Below, piece by piece: positions 1 to 9,722 of a stretch of 64,000 nucleotides of DNA (the stretch's first letter is position 1; the number at the start of each line of letters is the position of its first letter). Source of the stretch: Heterodontus francisci (lineage: Eukaryota); NCBI RefSeq assembly GCF_036365525.1, contig NC_090383.1:85549123-85613122 (forward strand). Direction: 5' to 3'. The notes below the pieces were generated by a model that worked only from the letters and a program-made list of their open reading frames with translations, did no database searches and had not been told where the DNA came from. Made by a program: the position numbers and the translations under genes.

Positions 1-1004
1 TTTTCGCCACCTCCAGCGTGATGCCACTACCAGTCGCATCTTCCCCTGTCAGCATTCCGAAGGGATCGTTCCCTCCGCGACACCCTGGTCCACTCCTCCA
101 TTACCCCCACCACCTCGTCCCCGTCCCAGGTCACCTTCCCTTGCAATCGCAGGAGGTGTAATACCTGCCCATTTACCTCCTCTCTCCTCACTATCCCAGG
201 CCCCAAACACTCCTTTCAGGTGAAGTAGCGATTTACTTGTACTTCTTTCAATGTAGTATACTGTATTCGCTGCTCACAGTGTGGTCTCCTCTACATTGGG
301 GAGACCAAGCGCCAGACTGGGTGACCGCTTTGCGGAACATCTCCGCTCAGTCCGCAAGCAGGACCCTGAGCTTCCGGTTGCTTGCCATTTCAACACTCCC
401 CCCTGCTCTCATGCTCACATCTCTGTCCTGGGATTGCTGCAGTGTTCCAGTGAACATAAACGCAAGCTCGAGGAACAGCATCTCATCTACCGATTAGGCA
501 CACTACAGCCTGCCGGACTGAACATTGAGTTCAATAATTTCAGAGCATGACAGCCCCCCACTTTACTTTCATTTTTAGTCATTTTTAGTTATTTTTTCTT
601 CCTTTTTTTTACATTCCTTTTTACATTTTTTACAATCTTTTTTTGCATTTATTTCATTTCATCTTAGTTTGTTCAGTTTGCTTACCCACTGTTTTTTTCA
701 GGTTGTTTTTCTTCAGGTTTGCACTTGCTGCTGTTCAATATTCAGTATATTCACACCTAATCTGTACTAATGCTTTGTCTTTCAACACACCATTAACATA
801 TTGTTTGCCTTTGCTCCGTGACCTTTTGGTCAGCTATGTGGCCTGGTCCAATCTGCACCTTCGCCTTTGTTATCTCTTGCCCAACCCCCACCTCACTTGT
901 TTATAATCTGTGACTTTTCTAATATTTGTCAGTTCCGAAGAAGGGTCACTGACCCGAAACGTTAACTCTGCTACTCTTTCCACAGATGCTGCCAGACCTG
1001 CTGA
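1..1004 (+). mobile_element. Penelope-like element, 3' part (GIY-YIG endonuclease end, 3' UTR and terminal repeat)
   Basis: Frameshifted translation gives VVYCIRCSQCGLLYIGETKR..DRFAEHLRSVRKQDPELPVACHFN..LEEQHLIYRLGTLQPAGLNIEF*, the typical Penelope GIY-YIG C-terminus. An inverted copy lies at 48880-49813. Confidence 0.9.
931..967 (+). ncRNA. Minimal type-I hammerhead ribozyme motif (core variant CCGAAGA)
   Basis: AGTT-CCGAAGA-A-GGGTC-ACT-GACCC-GAAAC-GTT-AACT. Stem I is AGUU/AACU, stem II is GGGUC/GACCC, and helix III is the palindrome AACGUU. It sits in a Penelope terminus. Confidence 0.7.
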
Positions 1005-1098
1005 TAAATAAATGGGTGGTTGCTGGTCAGCACAGACTCGGTGGGCCAAAGGGCCTGTTTCAGTGCTGTATCTCTAAATAGAATAAAAAATAAATAAA
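1005..1098 (+). mobile_element. 3' tail of an HE1/V-type SINE (CR1-derived tail)
   Basis: AATGGGTGGTTG..GGGCCAAAGGGCCTGTTTCAGTGCTGTATCTCTAAA plus an A-rich tail. Matches the reverse complement of 48901-48985. Confidence 0.7.
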
Positions 1099-1146
1099 TG
1101 TTCCTACTTCAAATCCACCTTCCTGCACTATCAATATATCCTTTAC

Positions 1147-3183
1147 AAGAACACAAGAAATAGGAGATGTAGACCGTATGGCCTATCGAGCCTTCTCTGC
1201 CATTCAATACGATCATGGCTGATCTCGGGCTTCAATTCCACTTTCCTACCCACTCCCCATATCCTTTGATTCTGTGAGTCAAAAGATCTATCTATCCCAA
1301 CCTTAAATGTACTCAGTGATGGAGCATCCACAACCCTCTGAGGTAGAGAATTCCAAAGATTCACAACCCTTTCAGTGTAGTAATTTCTCCTCATCTCAGT
1401 CCTGAATCATTGGCCCCTTATCCTGAGACTGTGTCCCTGTGTTCTAGATTCCCCAACCGATGGGAACAATCTCTCAGCTTCTACCCTTTCAGGATCTTGT
1501 ATGTATCAATTAGATCGCCTCTCATTCTTCTAAACTCCAGTGAATATAGGCCCAATTTACTCACCCTCTCATCATAGGACAACCCCCTCATCCCAGGCCA
1601 CAATTAGTAAATCTTCGCTGCACTGCCTCCAGTGTAAGTATATCCTTTCTTAAATGTGGCGATCAAAACCGCACACAGTATTCCAGGTGCAGTCTATCCA
1701 AAGCCCTGTACAATTTTAGTAAGCTTTCTTTATTCCTGTACTCCAATACCCATGCAATAAAGGCCAACATTCCATTTGCCTTAATAGCCTGCTGCACCTG
1801 CATGTGAACTTTGTGCATTCCTTGTACAACTACCTCCAAGTCTCTCTGAATATCAATACTTACCAGTTTCACGCCTTTTAAAAAATATTCTGCTTTTCTA
1901 ATTTACGACCAAAGTGAACAACTTCACACTTCCCTACATCATACTCCATTTGCCATCTTGTTGTCCACTCACTTAACCTGTCTATATCTCTTTGCAGCCT
2001 CTCTACGTCCTCCCCGCAGTTTACCTTTCCACCGAGCTTTGTATCATCAGCAAACTTAGATACATTACTCTCTGCCTCTTCATCCAAGACATTAATACTG
2101 AGTTTAAATAGCTGAGGCCCCAGCACTGATCCTTGTGGCAGCCCACTATTCACTGCCTGCCAACTTGAAAATGCCCCATTTATGCCCACTCTCTGCTTCC
2201 TGTCTGTTAACTAATCCTCTATCCACGCCAGTATATTACCCCCAACACCATGAGCCCTTATCTTACCTATTAATCTTTTAAGTGGCGCCTTATCAAATGC
2301 CTTTTGGAAATCTAGGTATACTACGTCTACCCGACTAGTTACAACCTCAAAAAACTCTAAGAAATTTGCCAAACAGGATTTCCCTTTAGCAAAAGCATGC
2401 TGATTTGTTCTAGTCATACTACGCTTTTCCAAGTGCAATGTTAAGACTTCTTTAATAATAGTTTCCAGCATCTTCCCAACCATCGTAATTGGCTTTAAGT
2501 TTCTTGTTTGTGATTGAAATGTGTCACTTTCAAACTTAACATGAAATTCAATGGTATTATGATCACTAATCCCCAGTGGATCTTTTACTACGACACTGCT
2601 GTTTCACAAATCCTGTTTCATGACACAATACGAGATCTAAGATAGCTTTATCCCTAGTCGGTTCTACAATGTATTGCTCCAAGAAACTGTCACGAAAATA
2701 TTCTACAGATTCATCTTCTAGCCCACTGTTGCCAATTTGATTGTCCCAGTCTATGTGCAGATTAAAGTCCCCCACAATTAATACATTATCTTTGTTACAA
2801 GCTCCAATTATTTCCTGTTTAATGTTCTGTCCAATAATTACTGTTAGGGGGCCTGTAAACTACTCTCACCAGTGTTTTCTGACTCCCGCTATTCCTAATT
2901 TCCACCCAAATTGATTCTACTTCATGATCTTCTGAGGCCAGATCCCTTCTTATTAATGTCCTTATGTCATCCTTTACTATCAGGGCTACCCTTCCTCCTT
3001 TTCCATTCTGTCTGTCTCTCCGAAATACTGTGTACCCTGGAATATTCTTTTCCCAACCTTGATCTCCTTGTAACCATGTCTCAGTAATGGCAATTAGATC
3101 TAAATCATTTACCTCTATTCGTGCCACTAGTTCATCTACTAGATTTATCTATCTTATTACAGGTGCTTCGTGCATTCAGATAA
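1147..3183 (-). mobile_element. CR1-clade LINE, degraded ORF2 with internal deletion
   Basis: Fragments: APE domain (DLIAITETWL, VYRPP, GDFN), RT (YLDFQKAFDK, PQGSVLGPQLF, KFADDTKLGG, HLEYCVRF) and a CR1 3' tail. Confidence 0.9.
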
Positions 3184-3185
3184 AG

Positions 3186-3451
3186 GGTGGCACAGTGGCG
3201 CAATGGTTAGCACCGCAGCCTCACAGCTCCAGCGACCAGGGTTTGGTTCTGGGTACTGCCTGTGTGGCGTTTGAAAGTTCTCCCTGTGGCTGCGTGGGTT
3301 TCCTCCAGGTGCTCCGGTTTCCTCCCACGTGCCAAAGACTTGCAGGTTGATAGGTAGATTGGCCATTGTAAAAAAAAATTGCCCCTAGTGTAGGTAGGTG
3401 GTAGGAGAATTGAGAGAAGATTGGGATGTGGGATGAATGTAGGATTAGTAT
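3186..3451 (+). mobile_element. tRNA-derived HE1/V-type SINE, 3' tail replaced by a LINE
   Basis: A-box-like GTGGCGCAATGGTTAGC, a degenerate B-box, and the V-domain core GCGTGGGTTTCCTCC.GGTGCTCCGGTTTCCTCCCAC. Confidence 0.8.
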
Positions 3452-3996
3452 TTGGAATACTGTGTGCAGTTCTGGTCGCCGCACTACAGGAAAGATGTGA
3501 TTAAGCTAGAGAAGGTGCAGAAAAGACTCACAAGGATGTTGCCTGGTTTGGAGGTCTTGAGTTATAAAGAGAGATTGGATAGGCTGGGTCTGTTTTCCCT
3601 GGAGCGAAGGCGGCTGAGAGGGGACATGATAGAGGTATATAAAATTATGACAGGCATAGATAGGGTAGATAGCCAGAGTCTGTTTCCCATGGTAGGGGTG
3701 ACTAAAACTAGAGGGCATAGATTTAAGGTGAGGGGGAGAGGTTTAAAGGGGATCAAAGGGGTAGATTTTTCACACAAAGAATAGTGGGTATCTGGAATGA
3801 GCTGCCAAAGGAGGTGGTGGAGGCAGGAACAGTAGCGACATTTAAGAGGTATCTGGACAGGTACTTGAATGAGCAAGGCATAGAGGGATATGGAATTAAT
3901 GCAGGCAGGTGGGATTAGTATAGATAGGCATTATGGTCGGCATGGATGCAGTGGGCCAAAGGGCCTGTTTCTGTGTTGTACAACTCTATGACTCTA
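3452..3996 (+). mobile_element. CR1 LINE 3' end (young subfamily, same as 50293-52612)
   Basis: [38 protein letters not shown] and a CTCTATGACTCT tail. Near-identical to the reverse complement of 50293-50835. Confidence 0.9.
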
Positions 3997-4277
3997 AAGG
4001 AACTTTAATTTCATTTTTTAATCTGTATTCCCTGCAATGACCTTATTTGGCAATGTACAATTTTTGTTAAACTCTCCATCCCTTCCTGTTCGAAGTTACC
4101 CTGACTATCCTGCTCCAATGCCTTGATTTCTCTCTTTGGATTTCTAAATTTCCCTTTATCCAAACCCTCCACACCCCCCAACCAGTTTAAAGCCCTTAAT
4201 TCCCTTGGTACCCAGAAATCTATTGATCTCTGTCGTGAACATATTTAACGACTGCCCTCTGGGGTTAGGGTTCGGGC

Positions 4278-4302
4278 CACACACACACACACACACACAC
4301 AC
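4278..4302. repeat. (CA)n microsatellite
   Basis: About 12 CA units read directly. Confidence 0.9.
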
Positions 4303-4527
4303 GTGTGGCCCTAAATTCCATTTATTTGTCTCCCTTTCGTCAACCCCAAAGATTGCTGCTGCTCCTGTAAATCGAGCATATGCTGATGTAGAAAAACTCA
4401 AGTTTTGTTTTTCACTCCATTTACTTTTTTATTTAAACCTTTAGAATAAACGTAATGGTTGTGTGACTGTAACTCAATTTACATTCTTAAGCATTTCCAT
4501 AAAACAAAATTTCTACTATTATCTCTC
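4303..4527 (+). repeat. ~225-bp direct repeat, copy 1 (copy 2 at 5811-6037)
   Basis: GTGTGGCCCTAAATTCCATTTATTTGTCTCCCTTTCGTCAACCCCAAAGATTGCTGCTGCTCC.. is repeated with few differences. Confidence 0.9.
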
Positions 4528-4773
4528 TAGAGAATTCCAAAGATTCACAACCCTCCGAGTGAAGAAAACATTGGACCGGAGCTCAAATATAGACACAGGA
4601 CAGGAGACCTGCCAGAAAAATTCAACCAAACTTGGACTTTATTCAGAGACTTAAATGTGGAAAATCACCCTAAGGCGTTTCAGAACTAAGGAACATACGC
4701 CAAACTTCAGGAAGACAGGCGGCCGAAAGCTTACTACAAGAGACAGGTAGAGGGTGATGGTCAGTACACTCAC

Positions 4774-4883
4774 TTATCATGAAATGGATGTTCCTCCCCG
4801 AATTCCCGCAGATGTTTTTTCTGTTTTTTGGTTAAGTTGCTCCCAAGCTGCCGCGATTTTCCACCACTCTTTCTTTTCCCCAT
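4774..4883 (-). CDS. UTP25: UTP25/DIEXF (digestive organ expansion factor, SSU processome), coding exon 1; no further exon identified in this window
   Basis: ATG at 4883 gives [36 protein letters not shown]+AA, then a GTGAGT donor (phase 2). Matches the vertebrate DIEXF N-terminus [18 protein letters not shown]. Confidence 0.95.
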
Positions 4884-5197
4884 TTCCCCCACCACGCGAC
4901 TCTTCAACTAGCTCGGGCCTATGCGTTTGCTGCGGATTTGATTGGACAGTTTCCGGGGGCTAGTCCTGTACCACCTCCCTAAATGGTCTCATACCATTGG
5001 CTTACTCGCCTCCCAATTGCGTTCAGAGATCACGGCGATCTGTGATTGACGTTGACAGTGTCCAATCAATAACCGTATTCGGGAGAAGGCGTTAACAAAT
5101 GGAGGGGGAAACACTAATCAGATGGCCCGGAGCGAAGATGATGGGCGGGACTCCGAGTGCCAGGTTTGCTTGAGCTGTCATGTAACTCGCCATTTTG
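4884..5197. promoter_or_regulatory. CpG-rich bidirectional promoter shared by UTP25 and the RGG/Pro-rich gene
   Basis: CCAAT/ATTGG boxes at 4941, 4996, 5013 and 5062; GC box GGGCGGG at 5143; YY1-like CGCCATTTT at 5188. Locally CpG-enriched between divergent first exons. Confidence 0.8.
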
Positions 5198-5344
5198 TGG
5201 TCGCTGGTCACGATTAGTTTGCTTTATGGGGGCTTTTCTTTGGAATTAAAATACGTTTATAAACCGCCTGGGGTTTCACTCGAGGGAACTTTAATAAAAA
5301 TAAAGAGCGCACGATTTACCTATAATCCCACCTGCACAGTGGAG
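5186..5344 (+). other. Exon 1 of the RGG/Pro-rich gene (5' UTR or non-AUG coding; start position approximate)
   Basis: Ends at a consensus GC-type donor GAG|GCAAGT (5345). The frame is open from 5186 and in phase with the exon-2 ATG. Contains an out-of-frame 7-codon uORF at 5226-5249. Confidence 0.6.
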
Positions 5345-5810
5345 GCAAGTATGCAACAGAGTGCCTTTCTCATTCTTTATGTCGCTGTCCGAGTGGTGCG
5401 AAGGGGTTACAGCTAAGGCCGAGGTGGTTCTCAATGTGGTTCTTTGTGTTGTGATCTCACTGACTGAAACCCATTCGGGACGGAGAAGAATCAAACAAAC
5501 TTTTCTCATGTTTGTGAAAATTTCCGGGTCCTTTGTAAATATCAGTAATATCGTCCGTTACAAATTTGACATATTTTTCATTTAAAAGAATATGACCATT
5601 GATGCTCTTAGTCAGAAAGCAGAGAGAATGTATTAATAATGCGTTCTAGACCCGGTTATTTTATTCAATTATCTTAAGTGTCAAGACAGCAACAGTAAAA
5701 TAGGTTTCCCTTCCCGCTCACTTCTCCACAGTTGACATCAATCATTTCACATTTCCTTAAATATAAATAGATTGTTATCGATAACCTAGAATTAGATTTT
5801 CTCCATTGTT

Positions 5811-6037
5811 GTGCGGCCCTAAATTCAATTTACTTGTCTCCCTTTCGTCAACCCCAAAGATTGCTGCTGCTCCTGTAAATCGGGCATATACTGATGTCGA
5901 AAAACTCAAGTTTTGTTTTTCACTCCATTTACTTTTTCTGTAAACCTTTAGAATAAATGTAATAGTTGATTTAAATATTTAACTCAATTTACATTCTTAA
6001 GCAATTCCATAAAACAAAATTTCTACTATCATCTCTC
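5811..6037 (+). repeat. ~225-bp direct repeat, copy 2 (probable source copy)
   Basis: Sequence matches 4303-4527. Confidence 0.9.
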
Positions 6038-6235
6038 GAAACCTGTTATATACCTATCTCCTTTTTTTGTGATTGACACTTTTGCCCCACCCTTCCACCC
6101 CAATTTCAGATACCAGGTATGATAGGTGTGTGGCTTTCTTGGCCTCAAATTGAAAATGTTGTGCTGCTACTTCTGACATGGACTCCTGTGAACATCTCTC
6201 TAATACCGCATTCACTCTAATTCTAATCCATGTGT

Positions 6236-7165
6236 TGGAGCCTCAATGATTTACAATGTATGTTAAGGATTGTAAAGGGACAGAGTGTACTGTAGATAAA
6301 ATTTGCTGATGATAGATGGGAAAGCAAGTTGTGAGGAGGATACAAAGAATCTGCAAAGGGAAAAAGATAGGTTAAGTGAATGGGCAAAAAATTGGCAGAT
6401 AAAGATAATGTGAGAAAATGTGAGGTTATCCACTTTGGTAGGAAGAATAGGAAAGCAGAATATTATTTTAAATGGGGAGAGACTATAGAATATTTCAGTA
6501 CAGGGGGATCTGGGTGTCTTACATAAATCACAAAGTTAATATACAGGTGCAGCAAGTAATTAGGAAGGCAAATAGAACGTTGGCCTTTACTATAAGGGGA
6601 ATGGAATATAAAAGTAGGAAAGTCTTGCTACAAATACACAGGGTGTTGGTGAGACCACACATATAGTACTGTGTACAGTTTTGGTCTCCTTAATTAAGGA
6701 GGGATGTACTTGCATTGAAGACAGTTCAGAGAAGGTTCATGAGGTTGATTCCTGGGATGAAGGGTTGTCTTACGAGGAAAAGTTGAGCAGGTTGGGCCTG
6801 TACTCATTGGAGTTTATAGGAATGAGAGGTGAACTTATTGCAACATACAAGATTCCAAGGAGGTTTGACACTGTAGATGCTGAGAGGAGGTTTCCCTTTT
6901 TGGGGGAATCTAGAACTAGCGGGCAGAATTTCAGAATAAGATGGAGATGAGGAGGAATTTCTTCTCTGAGGGTTTTTAATCTTTGTAATTCTCTACTTCA
7001 GTGAGCAGTGGAGGCTGGGCCATTGAATATATTCAATGCTGAGATAGATTTTTATCTACAAGGGAGCCTAGGGTTATAGGGGCTGGCAGAAAAGTGGAGT
7101 TGAGGCCACAATCAGATCAGCCATGACCTTATTGAATGCCGAAATCCTATTTCTTGTGTTCTTAT
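6236..7165 (+). mobile_element. CR1 LINE 3' fragment
   Basis: KFADD, QVQQVIRKANRTLAF, LVRPHI, GLYSLEF and a CR1 tail TTTCTTGTGTTCTTATG. Confidence 0.85.
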
Positions 7166-7169
7166 GCTA

Positions 7170-7650
7170 CTGGATAGTTTCTCTCCCATCTCCATGTCGC
7201 TACACACTCTCTCGACTCATGTCTTCCATGAGACCATCTTCTGCCCCCTCAATTTCCTCCTCACGTAACATGTAACCACAGTCAATTACCTCTCCTGGAC
7301 GCCTTGCTAGCTGTCATTGTTAATGGTGCAGTGTGCTCGTCGAACCACCATCTGCCAACTATCATTAACACCCCTCAAAAAAATCCCCAAACTATCCATC
7401 CTCTTTAACTGCCACACCCATCTCTAACCTTCCCTTCCTTTCAAAGGTCTTCAAACATGTTGTCCCCAATCAGCTCTCTGTGCCATTCTGCCAAAATGCC
7501 TTATTAGAATCCTAATAGTCCACCTTCTGCTAATCTCACAGGTTTCAAGACCACAATGACATCTCTATAGCTATGATTCATGATCCTGCCTTGTCTTCAT
7601 TAATCTCTCCACGACATTTGATATGGTCAGTTATACTGCCATCCTCCATT
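7170..7650 (+). mobile_element. Old L2 LINE fragment
   Basis: Degenerate RT region (CCCATCTCTAACCTTCCCTTCCTTTCAAAGGTC = PISNLPFLSKV). Confidence 0.55.
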
Positions 7651-7654
7651 GAAA

Positions 7655-8092
7655 AAAGAATTTGCATATATATATAAAGCACCTTTAAAGATTTTACAAT
7701 GTCCCAGAAAAACTCTCGGCCAATTAAGCACTTTGAAATGTAGTCACTGCAGTACTGTAGGCAAACGTAGAAGCCAATTTGTGCACCACAAGATCCCACA
7801 AACAGCAATGAAATAAATATTCAGGTAATCTGGTTTTTAATTATGTTGCTTGAGATAAAGATGTTGACCAGGACATTGGGTGAACTCCCCTGCTTTTCTA
7901 GTAGTGGCTTGGCATCTTTATCCAATTGAGAGGGAAGATTAGGCCTTACTTTAATGCCGCTTCTCCTTTATAATAGTGTTTGGTACCACACTTAAGTGTC
8001 AGTGTATACTATGTGCTCAAATGTATCGAGTGGGGCTTGAACCCACAAGTTTCTGACTCAGGCCAGACTGCTACTATTGTGCCACAGCTGAA
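7655..8092 (-). mobile_element. Old tRNA-headed SINE with L2-type tail (Deu/SacSINE1-like); related copies near 31310-31640, 37600-38010 and 48290-48590
   Basis: The reverse complement shows a tRNA-like head (GGGTTCAAGCCCCAC) and an AAAGGTGCTTTATATATATGCAAATT tail. The central block GCCAATTTGTGCACC.CAAGATCCCACAAACAGCAATG recurs. Confidence 0.6.
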
Positions 8093-8149
8093 GGCAGTAT
8101 TTATTGCCCATGCCTTGTTGGCCTACCAGCATTAAGAGTCAACTATGTA

Positions 8150-8620
8150 TTCAGTGCACCATTGTTTAATTAAGCATGCACACTACCTTGCTGTATGATT
8201 TGTATTCTATATGCCAAGCTAATCTTTAACTTCCCATCTATCTCTCTGCTAAGCTAATTTTTAACTTCCCAATTAACACTCTATCTGTTTTACCCCAACA
8301 GGGTCCCTTAGAGGTAGAGACAGGAGAAATTATAATGGGGACCAAAAGAAATGGCAGAGATGTTAAACAAATGTTTTGTAGCTGTCTTCACAGTAGAAGA
8401 CACAAAACATAACGGAAATAGTGGGGAACCGAAGATCTAATGAGAGTGAGGAATTTAAAAGTATTAATATTAGTAACAAAAAAATTCCTTGAGAAATTAA
8501 TGGGACAAAAAGCTGATAAAACTCCTGGATCTGATGGTCTACATCGTAGGGTTTTAAAAGAGGTGGCTGCAAAGATAGTGCATGCATTGATTTTGATCTT
8601 GCAGAATTTCCTAGATGCTA
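8150..8620 (+). mobile_element. CR1 fragment with a shared 5' flank, duplicated at ~12075-12520
   Basis: KKFLEKLMGQKADKTPGSDGLHRRVLKEVA. The preceding ~150 bp recurs at 12075. Confidence 0.7.
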
Positions 8621-8879
8621 GGACTGGCCAGATGGTGTCCTGTTTGACTCAAAGCTGAGCTTCAAGTGTTCAGTCCTATCCATCAGTCAGTTCATTTTTT
8701 TTTTCTACCTTCGCAAAATTGCATGGCTCTGCCCCTCTCAGTTCTGTTGCAACTGAAATTCTTGCTTTGTCACTATTAGAGTCCATTTTTCAAATCTTTT
8801 TGCTGCCTTCCTATTATGCACCATTCAGCTGTAACTTATCTAACACTAAGCTGCCTGTATTCTGCCAGATAAACAGTCC

Positions 8880-9630
8880 ATCTTGTTTGCCTTCTACCAT
8901 CTTGCAATGGAGGAAGTTGGGGCAGAGATTGGTGATGAAGCAGAGGTGGCATGTAGCTTGGGTGTCATTAGTATACTTGTCAAAACTGATACCATGCTTC
9001 TGGTAACATTACAAAGGGGTAGCTTGAAAATGGTGACGAAGAGAGAGCCAAGATTGGAATACTTGGATACACCAGGAACAGACATGCAAGGAGAAGCCAG
9101 TTGAGGCAATGGAATGTCTATGATACAGCAGTAAGGAATTGAACCAACAAAGAATAATGCCGCAAATATGAACTTTGGAGAAGAAACAATCAAGGACAAT
9201 GGATTGGGTTGGCCATGTTAATGATTGTGGGATGGTTGAGGAGGAGTAGTTAACATTGGTCACAATTACGTAGGATGTCAGTGACTTTGACAAGTGTTTA
9301 TGTACTGTGAGTAGGACAAAAACATGGTTAAGGGCTTTGAACAGTAAGTTGTGAGGAAGCTGGGACCATAGTTGAAACACAATGGTGTTCCATAACTTTA
9401 GAAAGAAATGGAAAGTTAAAGAAAGCAGTAGTTGGAGATAATGGAATGATTGAGAGAAGAGTTTTTTGAGGGGATTGTTGATTGTAGTTTTCAGAGATGT
9501 GGGATTGACTCAGGATAGAGCCAGGTTGATACTACTGAAATTGGGTGGTAAGAAGCTGGGACAACACTCATCACAAGGCTAGAAAGAGTGCATTTTTGTG
9601 ATGGGGCTCAGATGGGAGCTCATTGTCTTG
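8880..9630 (-). mobile_element. Old L2-like LINE fragment
   Basis: Degenerate purine-rich plus strand typical of an inverted L2 ORF2. No intact motif. Confidence 0.4.
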
Positions 9631-9681
9631 GTTAATACATCACCAAAGCTAACTTGATTTTTTTTAAAATTTGATTTGCAG

Positions 9682-9722
9682 ATGGATTTTGATGAACAGA
9701 CTGGTGGTAGTAACTATGTTAG
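9682..9722 (+). CDS. RGG/Pro-rich protein gene, exon 2 (first ATG): MDFDEQTGGSNYV(R)
   Basis: TTGATTTGCAG|ATG..GTTAG|GTAAGC, 41 nt. Its phase-2 end joins exon 3 in frame. Confidence 0.8.

Noticed and set aside
3186-3260. tRNA gene
   Set aside because: Degenerate B-box followed directly by a V-SINE core; it is a SINE head.
4265-4276. Interstitial telomere array
   Set aside because: Only TTAGGG-TTCGGG, which is also explained by fold-back of the adjacent CCCTAA.
5345-5354. Alternative GT donor GCAA|GTATGC for exon 1
   Set aside because: Possible, but a poorer U1 match than AG|GCAAGT. It is not excluded if exon 1 is purely UTR.
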